A stretch of DNA of 64,000 nucleotides from Acetobacteraceae bacterium. Its GTDB lineage: Bacteria; Pseudomonadota; Alphaproteobacteria; Acetobacterales; Acetobacteraceae. A model generated the notes under the pieces. It saw only the letters and a list, made by a program, of their open reading frames with translations. It ran no database searches and was not told the DNA's origin. The position numbers and the translations under genes are program-made. The stretch's first letter is position 1, and every line of letters starts with the position of its first letter. The stretch lies in NCBI GenBank assembly GCA_965199105.1, contig CBDAQO010000002.1, positions 2,672,302-2,736,301 on the forward strand. The letters run 5' to 3'. Of this stretch, positions 8,885 to 17,300 are shown piece after piece.

Positions 8885-11800
8885 ATGCGCCACTGCTGTG
8901 TGCTGGTCTGGCTGCTGGTGATCGCCGGGTCGATGCCGCACACGGCGTTCGCGGCCGGAATTGATTGCAGCCGGGCGCATTCGGCCACCGAAAAGGCGAT
9001 CTGTGCCAGTCCTTCGCTGCTGGCGCTCGACCAGTCGGTCGCTGCGGCCTACGCCAACCACCTGGCGCAGAGCGCCGCGCCAGCCGAGCAGTCCCGCCAG
9101 GAGCTGCTGGCGTGGCTGCGACACCGGGATGCGGCGTGCAACGTGCCGGCCGGGTCGCTGCAGCAATGCCTGACGCGGGAGATGACGGCGCGGTTGGCGG
9201 CACTGGCGCCGCCCATGCCAGCCATCGCGGCGCCGACGCCGACGCCAGCCATCGCGGCGCCGACGCCGACGCCCGCGCTACCAACGCCCGAGCCACTAGC
9301 GCCCGTGCGCGAGGTCGCGGTGCCCTCGGCCGCCAACGCGCCGCAAGCGGCCGCGACGCTGGACGCCAGCAGCCTGCCGGCAAGTGGTGAGCAGGCCACG
9401 CTGCTGCATGTCAGCAGCCCGGGCCGCTTCACCATCCAGGCCCACAGCCAGACGGGTGCGGCGATCCAATTGGTGGATATGCTGACCGGTCCGGGCGAGG
9501 TCCAGGGCAGCGCCGGCGGGCAGGATGGCCGCATCGATGCCCTGCTGGATGTGGGCACGTACAAGGTCCGCGTCAGCTCGCCCCCGCAGCCGGTCGCAGG
9601 GACGAGCGCGGTGACGCTTGCCGTCACCGCCTTCACCGACGCCGCGCCGCCGCAAGCGCTGCCGCCGCCGGGCCAAGTGGTAAGCGCCACCCTGAACGAT
9701 GGGCAGCAGCGCGCTTTTTGGCTGGCAATGCCGCAAGCGGGCGAGTTGCGGATCGAGGCGGCGGGGCGCTCGCTGGCCGACCTGCAGCTCTGGCGCGACG
9801 GCCGCACCCTGGTGAACGCCCGGGTCACCACCGCCGAGGTGACGCCGGTGCGGACCCACGCGCTGACCGACTTGCGGCTGGTGGCGCAGGTGGAGCGCGG
9901 CACCTACCTCGCAGTGGCCTATGGCGGCGCGGCGCGGCGCTGGGCGGACAACGACCCGGCGCAGCCATTCACCCTGCGCGCCGGAACGTCGGACGCGCTG
10001 GCGGAGGGCTGGGCGACCGGCACCATCGGGCCGTTCGGCAGCGAGCTGTTCACGCTTCCCGCCACCACCGAGCGCGTCCGCCTGGAGCTGCCGGCGGCGG
10101 CGGCGGCGGCGGCAAGCCTGCAGGCGGGTGATCGCGTTGCGGCGATCGAGCCCACCAGCAGGGAGCCGTCGACGACCCTGGTCGTGCCTGAGGGCAAGCC
10201 GCACGTGTTGGAGCTGAGCGGCGCGGCCGGGCAGGCGTACCGGCTGCAGGCGTTGGCCATTCCGGCGCAGCAGGCCATTTCGACCCCGGGCACCTATTGG
10301 GTGTCGGCCGTGACGGCGGGCGCCGGCGGGGAGGAGGTGCCGCCGAGCGTGGTGCTGGAACTGTCCGGGCGGGACGTCAAACCGGCGCGGGTGGTGGCGG
10401 CGTTCGAGCCGGTGCTGGCGGCGGGGGCGGGCTGGCGCGGCCGGTTCAACCTGCGTGGCCGGACCGTGATGCTGTTCCAGAACGCGGCCGGCGGCGAGGT
10501 CGCGGTGCGCAACACGGGCGGCCAGCTCCGGTCGGGCAACGGCGACGCCTACGACCTGCCGGCCGGCTACTCCGAGGTCGAGGTCGCGCCGGAAGCGGGC
10601 CGGCAGGTCCCGGTCGACCTGGTGGTGGGGCCGCCGGGGCTTGACCCGCCGCCGACGCCGCCCTTGCCGGCCAACCCGGTGTTGCCGCTCGGAGTGCAGA
10701 CGGTGGCGCCGGGTCAGCTCCTCACGCTGCTGCCGTTCCAGGCGCCCGGCGTCTCGGTCGGGCTGTCGGCGCGGCGCGTGCCGGTGGCGCTGGCGGCCGG
10801 CCCGCTGTCCGCGACCATGGTGGCGGGCAGCAGCCTGGCCGTTCCGGTCGCCGTGGCTCCTGGCGGCACGCTCGTGGTGCGGGAGGGCGGTAGCGAGCCG
10901 GTCGCCTACACCATGCAGGGCAACACGGTGACGATCGCCCCCGCCAACCGGGCGCGGACGGTGGTGCTGGCGTGGCGGCCGAACCCCTTGCCGCCGCCCG
11001 ACATCCCCGCGCCGCCGCCGGTGGCGCAAGGGGCGAGCTTGGCGGCCGGGCAGCCGGTGTTCTTTGACCTTGGCGAGCACGACCAGCGCGGGTTCGCCCT
11101 CACGGTGCCGGAAGGCGGCGTCTGGCGGGTGGAGACGCTGGGGCGCCTGCACACGACGGGGCTGCTGTCGACGGCGTTCATCCCGTCGCTGGGCCAAGCC
11201 GACGGGAATGGCGCCGGGCTGAACATGCTGCTGCAATCCGTGCTGCGGGCTGGGCGCTACCGGGTCACGGTGTCGGCGCTGGACTCGTCCGGCCATCTCG
11301 GGCTGTCGGCCAGCCCGGCGCCCCTGCTCGCCGGCGCGGCGCTGCTGCCCGGCGGGAGCGTGCGCGCCAGCTTGGCCGCGGGTACGGCGGCGACGTTCCC
11401 GATCGACATCCCCAAGGCGGCCGGCAGCGACATGGTGCGCTACCATTTCGACGTCGCCGCGCTGCAGGCACCATGGCTGGGGCGGATCGAGGACGCGGAA
11501 GGCTGGCCGCTCACCCGCACCGGCCCGCTCGACGGCACCGAGCTGGTGCTGGCCGCCGGGCACTACCGCATGGTGGTGGAGCCGGACGCGGTGAGCCGTC
11601 AGGTGGTGGCGCGGTTGCAGCCGATTGTGCCGGCCGTGGCGATCACCTTGCACGGGCCGCATCCGCTCGCCTTCAGCGCCACCGCCAACGCCGTGTGGCG
11701 CGAGCCCTCCGCCGCCGACCAGCCGCGCACGCCGGATCAATGGACGTTCCGCCTCGACGGCCCGGCGACGGTGACGATCGGGCTCGGCGCCGGGATGGTG

Positions 11801-14371
11801 GGCGAGCTCTACCGGGAGGGTGCGGCGGCGGCCGTGACGCGCGTGAGCGACACCGCGACGCTGAAGCTGCCGGCCGGGGCCTACCGGCTGGAAGCGACCA
11901 GCCTGGGGCGCAACGACCGGCTGGCCTACACCGCGTCGCTCAGCAGCGAGGCGCTGCAGCCCGGCGTGGCGCGCTCGGTGACGCTGCCGGCAACGGTGGA
12001 GTTCGCCATCGCCAGTGCGCGGGTGGTGAGCGTGACCAGCTTCGGCCATGTGCCGGTGAAGGCGGTGCTGCGGACCGCGGATGGGGCGGTGATCGGCCGC
12101 TTCGGAGCGAGGGCGGACGACTGGAACATCGCCGTGTCGCAGCCGCTGGCCGCCGGCGCCTACAAGCTGGACCTGGCGCCCGCTGTGCCGCCTGACATCA
12201 CGCCGACCAGCCCGCCGCCGGTGCCAGCGGCGACCGACGCGGACAGCGACAGCAGCGTGTCGAACAACGATGACGCGCTGGCCTCGAGCGATAACGCGCA
12301 GGCCCCAAGCGACAACGCGCAAGCCTCAAGCGACGCCTCGCAGGCCTCGGGCGACGACGCGCAGGCGCCGGAACCACCGCCGCTCACCACCGAGTTGCGG
12401 CTCGCGCTGCCCCCTGCACAGGACGCGGTGCCCGCCCCCACCGGCCTCGCGGCGCTGGAGCAGTCCGGCGTCCACGTGCTCACTTTGCCGCAACCGGGCG
12501 CGGGTAGCCTGGTGGTGGCGCAGGCGCAGTCCAGCGCGGCCGTGGTGCTGACGCTGGAGCGGCAGCGGTCGGATGGCTGGCAGGTGGTGGCCATCGGCCA
12601 GGGGTTGCGCCCGGTCATCGCCAGCCCGGCCGACGCGGACGCGGCTGCCTGGCGGGTGCAGGTGTGGGCGGTGGATGGCGGGCCGGAGCCGATCCAGGCG
12701 GCAGCGTTCGCCACGGAGCTGCCGGTGCAGGCGCCGGGTGCGGTCTCGCTGGCACCGCTCGCGGGCGGGCTGGCGGTGGGGCGGGTGCATCTGCCTGCGC
12801 CTGGCATGGCGGCCGTGGCTGGTGCGCCGGTGGACCTGCTTGCGGGGGGCTGGCCCGGCCATGACCTGGCGCCAGTCGAGGCCGGCCTGATCCTGCCGCT
12901 GGGGCAGGACATTTGGCTGCTCGCCCGCACTCCAGCCAGCGTCCAGGTCACGCCGGACGCGGTGGCGCCCGGGCAGAGCGTGACGGTGTCGCTGCCGGCC
13001 GGGATGGTGGCGACGCTGCCCGCGCTCACTGCCGCGCCGGGAACGGTGGCGTTGTGGCGAGCGGAAAGCGGGCTCGGCCTGCCGGGGCTCGGCGCCGCCA
13101 TGGGGGTCGCCGACGGCAGCGTCCTCACCCTCGCCAACGGCCCGGTGCCGCTGCGCAACGCCGCCGGCCCGGACGCCTTGCGCGTGCGGCTGACCCGGCT
13201 GGAGGCGGCACTGCTGCCGGCGCAGGCGGTGGGTGGCGCGCTGCAGGCGACGGTGCCGCCGGGCAAGGCCCTGCCACTCACCCTGCCGCCCGGCAGCAAG
13301 CAGATCCTGGTGAGCCTGGCGCCCGGCTTGGCGGCCATTCCCAGCCAAGGTGCGGCGGTCTGGACGGCCGGGGCGGCGCTCTCGCGCACCATCACCGGGG
13401 ATTGGACCGGCCTGCTGCTGGTGAACACTGGCAGCGCGCCGGCGCCGGCCGGCGTGGCGCTGCAGCCGGCGCCGGCGGCCGTGACGCTGCGGCCCGGCAT
13501 GGTGGTGAAGCGGTTCTTCGGCGCGGACGGCTCGCTGGAACTGAGCGTCGAGCCGGCGGCCGGGGCCAAGCTGGTCGCAGCGGGCACGGCCAGGCTCACC
13601 GTGATCACCCATGGTGGCCAGGTGACAACCGGCAGCACCATCGCCCTGTCCGAGCCGGCCCGCGTGGTTGTGGACGCCAAGGCGGGTGCGGTCGCGGTGT
13701 GGGAGGTTGCGGACGGCGTGTCGCCCTGGCCCGCCATTCCCGCGCAACCGGCTGCGCTGCCGGCCCGGCTGGCGCTGTCCGGCCCCGCCATGGCGCTTGC
13801 GATCGACCCCGGCGGCCCGGCGCTGCTGCGCGCCCGCACCACCGCCCCCGTGCTGCTGGCGCTGGCGCAAGCGGGGCAGGCGGGCGACCCGGCGTTGTTC
13901 CCCGATGGCGCCGAGGTCAGCCGCATGGTGGCCGGCGCCACCGAGCTGCGGCTCTACTCGCCCGATGACGGCCCGCTGTCCGGCACGCTGGAGCTGAGCG
14001 CGGAGCCGGTGACGCCGGTGGGCGAGGGGCTCGGCGCGCCCGTGACGGTGGCTCCGGGCGGTGCCGCGGTGTTCGGCTTCACCCTGGCCAAGGCCGCCAG
14101 CATCGGCGTGGGGGTGCGCGCGACGCCGGACCAGGTGTCGGTCCGCCTGCTGGACGCCGCGACGGGCCGGCGCTTGGGCGAGGGGGTGGCGCAGTTGCAG
14201 TCGCTGCCCGCCGGCGCCTATGCGCTCGAGGTGCAGGTTCCGCCCGGTGCACCCACCACGGTGGTGCGGCCGGCGGTGGTCGGCATCACGCCACGCGGCG
14301 ACGGGCCGCCGCCCGACGTTGTGCAATCCTACCTCGAACTGGTCGGCATGAAGCCGCAAGGGGCGCCGTGA
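8885..14371 (+). CDS. Giant exported protein: signal peptide, DUF1311/LprI-like four-Cys head, then a Cys-free multi-repeat beta-module body
   Basis: ATG at 8885 inside the 2286-aa track ORF. The upstream part of that ORF is antisense to the MFS gene and cobB. Signal-like MRHCCVLVWLLVIAGSMPHTAFA, DUF1311 pattern (IDCSRA..EKAICASPSLLALDQSV..Y...W..RDAAC), and a recurrent xxGxY(K/R/A)(L/V) motif at least seven times. Confidence 0.8.
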   Translation: MRHCCVLVWLLVIAGSMPHTAFAAGIDCSRAHSATEKAICASPSLLALDQSVAAAYANHLAQSAAPAEQSRQELLAWLRHRDAACNVPAGSLQQCLTREMTARLAALAPPMPAIAAPTPTPAIAAPTPTPALPTPEPLAPVREVAVPSAANAPQAAATLDASSLPASGEQATLLHVSSPGRFTIQAHSQTGAAIQLVDMLTGPGEVQGSAGGQDGRIDALLDVGTYKVRVSSPPQPVAGTSAVTLAVTAFTDAAPPQALPPPGQVVSATLNDGQQRAFWLAMPQAGELRIEAAGRSLADLQLWRDGRTLVNARVTTAEVTPVRTHALTDLRLVAQVERGTYLAVAYGGAARRWADNDPAQPFTLRAGTSDALAEGWATGTIGPFGSELFTLPATTERVRLELPAAAAAAASLQAGDRVAAIEPTSREPSTTLVVPEGKPHVLELSGAAGQAYRLQALAIPAQQAISTPGTYWVSAVTAGAGGEEVPPSVVLELSGRDVKPARVVAAFEPVLAAGAGWRGRFNLRGRTVMLFQNAAGGEVAVRNTGGQLRSGNGDAYDLPAGYSEVEVAPEAGRQVPVDLVVGPPGLDPPPTPPLPANPVLPLGVQTVAPGQLLTLLPFQAPGVSVGLSARRVPVALAAGPLSATMVAGSSLAVPVAVAPGGTLVVREGGSEPVAYTMQGNTVTIAPANRARTVVLAWRPNPLPPPDIPAPPPVAQGASLAAGQPVFFDLGEHDQRGFALTVPEGGVWRVETLGRLHTTGLLSTAFIPSLGQADGNGAGLNMLLQSVLRAGRYRVTVSALDSSGHLGLSASPAPLLAGAALLPGGSVRASLAAGTAATFPIDIPKAAGSDMVRYHFDVAALQAPWLGRIEDAEGWPLTRTGPLDGTELVLAAGHYRMVVEPDAVSRQVVARLQPIVPAVAITLHGPHPLAFSATANAVWREPSAADQPRTPDQWTFRLDGPATVTIGLGAGMVGELYREGAAAAVTRVSDTATLKLPAGAYRLEATSLGRNDRLAYTASLSSEALQPGVARSVTLPATVEFAIASARVVSVTSFGHVPVKAVLRTADGAVIGRFGARADDWNIAVSQPLAAGAYKLDLAPAVPPDITPTSPPPVPAATDADSDSSVSNNDDALASSDNAQAPSDNAQASSDASQASGDDAQAPEPPPLTTELRLALPPAQDAVPAPTGLAALEQSGVHVLTLPQPGAGSLVVAQAQSSAAVVLTLERQRSDGWQVVAIGQGLRPVIASPADADAAAWRVQVWAVDGGPEPIQAAAFATELPVQAPGAVSLAPLAGGLAVGRVHLPAPGMAAVAGAPVDLLAGGWPGHDLAPVEAGLILPLGQDIWLLARTPASVQVTPDAVAPGQSVTVSLPAGMVATLPALTAAPGTVALWRAESGLGLPGLGAAMGVADGSVLTLANGPVPLRNAAGPDALRVRLTRLEAALLPAQAVGGALQATVPPGKALPLTLPPGSKQILVSLAPGLAAIPSQGAAVWTAGAALSRTITGDWTGLLLVNTGSAPAPAGVALQPAPAAVTLRPGMVVKRFFGADGSLELSVEPAAGAKLVAAGTARLTVITHGGQVTTGSTIALSEPARVVVDAKAGAVAVWEVADGVSPWPAIPAQPAALPARLALSGPAMALAIDPGGPALLRARTTAPVLLALAQAGQAGDPALFPDGAEVSRMVAGATELRLYSPDDGPLSGTLELSAEPVTPVGEGLGAPVTVAPGGAAVFGFTLAKAASIGVGVRATPDQVSVRLLDAATGRRLGEGVAQLQSLPAGAYALEVQVPPGAPTTVVRPAVVGITPRGDGPPPDVVQSYLELVGMKPQGAP
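9217..9270. repeat. Exact 27-nt tandem duplication inside the giant gene
   Basis: gccagccatcgcggcgccgacgccgac x2, in frame, encoding AIAAPTPTP x2. Confidence 0.9.
12287..12370. repeat. Degenerate 4 x 21-nt in-frame repeat (SDNAQAP-like acidic linker) inside the giant gene
   Basis: agcgataacgcgcaggcccca / agcgacaacgcgcaagcctca / agcgacgcctcgcaggcctcg / ggcgacgacgcgcaggcgccg. Confidence 0.8.
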
Positions 14372-17300
14372 GCATGGTCAAGGCCTTGAGGGCGGCTGGC
14401 GCCCTGCTGTGCGCGCTGATGGTGATGGCGCAGGCGCCGCTGGACCAGCTCAAGCGGGCGGATGGCGCCCATGTGCTGCCGGACCATTTCCTCCGCCGCT
14501 GGGACCCGGTGACCATCCTGCTCGACGGCGACGCCGGGCCAGCGCAGGGCGGCCCGGAGGACGCGCCCGAGCGCTTCGTGACGCTGGCGCCGGCCAAGCC
14601 CGGGTCCTGGCGCTGGATCGGCCGCCGAACCCTGCAGTTCCGCCCCACCGAGCCATGGGAGCCGTTGCGGCGCGAGGCGGTCACCGCGGCCGGCGCCACC
14701 ACCACGCTGATCCCGCTGCTGCCGGTGCCCACCGCCACCGGCCCTAGCGACGACCCCAACGGCACGGCCAACCTCGACACCATCGCGCTGAGCTTCGACC
14801 AGCCGGTGGACATGGCCGCACTCGCCCGCCTGCTCACCATCACCCTCACCCCGCAACCCGGCGTCACGGGTGTGGGCACGCAGACGCTGACGGCGGCCGA
14901 TTTCACCGTGCGCCCGGTGGAGCGCGCGAAACCCAGCGACCCGCAGACCTACCTCGTCACGCTGCGCACCCCGCTGCCGCAGGGGCGGATCGCCACGCTG
15001 CGCCTGCTACTGTCGGACGAGCCCGGGCTGGACGACCCGATCTTTTCCCTCCCGCTGCACTCGGCGTCGCCGTTCGCGGTGACCGACCGCTACTGCGGCG
15101 GCGGGTTCAACCACAGCCTGGTGGATGGCGTGGTGCAGTGCGACCCGGACCCGGACGAGACGGCGCAGAAGCGCGCCATCGTGTTGCAGTTCTCCGCCCA
15201 GCCCGCGCCCGTCGACATTGTGCAGGGGCGTGACGCGCTGCGTTTCACCCCGCCGGTGGATGGGCTCGAGCTCACCACCGGTGACGACAACAGCTTGACC
15301 ATCACCGCGAGCTTTGCTGCCGACCAGGTCTATCACTTGTCGGTCGCCGCAGGGGCGTTGACGAATATCGGTGGGCGCCCGCTCGCCGTCGCCGTCGAAA
15401 GCGACTTCCGCTTCCAGCCCAGTGCCCCGGCGCTGGCGTGGGACACGCAGGACGGGATGGCGGAAGCGCTGGGGCCGCAGATGGTGCCGTTGCGCGGGCA
15501 TGGCTACGACCATGCCGACTTGCGGATCTACCCGATCGACCCGCTGTCGCGTGATTTCTGGCCGTTTCCGAGCGGGGCTGTCTCGACCAGCGACAGCCAG
15601 TCCCCGCCGCTGCCGGGCCGCGAGCCGCGCCGCTACGTGGAGCTGGCGCCGATCAGCGCGGACGCCGTGATGGCGCGCATCTACGCCCTCGGCTCCCCGG
15701 CGGTGAGCGACCTCTATACGCTGCCGATCCATCGCGGCGGCCTGGACGCGAAGTTCGGGCTCGACCTCGCCCCCAGCCTCGCCCGCATCGCCGGGCCGCG
15801 CATGCCGGGCACCTACCTGCTCGGGTTGCGCACCGTGGACGGGCAGACCCGGCAATGGGCGCGGCTGCAGGTGACGGATTTGGCGCTCTCGACGGTGGAG
15901 GCGCCGGGCCAGGTGCGTTTCGTGGTCACCTCGCTGGCCACGGCGCAACCGGTGGCGGGCGCGGAGGTGCGGCTGGAAGGCGTGCGCGACGGCCAGTTCG
16001 GCACGCTGGCGCAGGGGGTGACGGATGCGGCCGGCGGTTGGACGCTGGCCGGCCAGATCGCCACCGGGCGCGACGGCAAGGCGGCGTTGCGCCGATTGGT
16101 GGTGACAAAGGCGACCGACACGCTCGTGCTGGACCCGGCGCGTGGCCCGCAAGTCTACGCGCAGGGACTATGGAGCCCGCCCGACACGCCCTGGCTCAGC
16201 CGCCTCACGGCCAGCCGGGCCAGCACGCGCGAGCCGGCGCAAACGCTGTGCCACGTGTTCACCGAGCGGCCGATCTACCGCCCGGAGGAGCCGATCCTGA
16301 TCGCCGGGATGATCCGCCGCTACCAGCCCGGCAGCCTGGCCTTCGCCACCGGCAGCGGCGACGTGGTGGTGACCGCGCCGGACGACCAGGAATGGCGCCA
16401 GCCGGTCACCCTGGACGAGGTCGGCGGCTTCCACGTGCGCTTCGACCAGAAGACCACGGCGACCGGCGAGTACAAAATTGCCTACCAGCCGGCGCATGGC
16501 GAACCCTGCGGGGCCTTCACGGTGCAGAAGCAGGCGTACCGGCTGCCGACCTTCGAGGTGGTGCTGACCGCCCCCGCCCACGCCGCCCTGGACGCGCCAT
16601 TCGACGTCGACCTGTTGGCGCGGTTCTTCGCCGGCGGCACGCTCACCGACCGCCCGATCACCTGGCGGGTGACGCAGTTTCCGTTCGCCTGGACGCCGCC
16701 GGGTCGGGACGGCTTTCTGTTCTCGTCGGACAGCCGGTTTTCCGGCGACAGCAGCTTCCGCTCCACCCCCGTGCTCGGGCGGGACGCCACGACGGATGCC
16801 GGCGGTTCGGCGCAACTGACGCTGGACCCGACGATCGAGCCCACTGCGCAGCCGCGGCAATACGTGGTGGAGGCGACCGTGACGGGCGACGACGACCAGC
16901 AGGTGCGCGGCGTGCAGCGCATCACCGCGCTGCCGCCGTTCGTGCTGGGAGTGAAGGTGCCGCGCTACCTGCCGCAGCCTGGCGCCATCGAGCCCGAAAT
17001 CGTGGCGCTGGATGGCGACGGCCATGAGGTGACGGGCCTGGCGATGACCGCGAAGCTGGTGCACCGGCAGTGGAACTCGGTGCTGGAGGCGAGCGACTTC
17101 GCCCAGGGTGCCGCCAAATACCAGACCCAGGTGCTCGACCAGACAGTGGAGGAACGCCACGTCGTCAGCACGGCGGCGGCGCAGACGGTGCATTTCGGCG
17201 CAATGGAGGCCGGCGTCTACCTGGTGGAGCTGAGCGCAACCGACCGCGCCGGGCGCACCCAGACGGTCCGGGTGGACCTGTTCATGGCCGGCACCACGCC

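Noticed and set aside
9296-13941. Very long antisense or overlapping ORFs, for example 9296..12322(-), 12160..13941(-), 12326..14359(-), 16168..20184(-), 4570..6348(-), 44886..47777(+) and 48683..50725(-).
   Set aside because: Each lies opposite or out of frame to a gene with recognisable family motifs. The translations are dominated by Arg/Pro/Gly/Ala/His runs, typical of stop-poor alternative frames in high-GC DNA. No motif was recognised in any of them.
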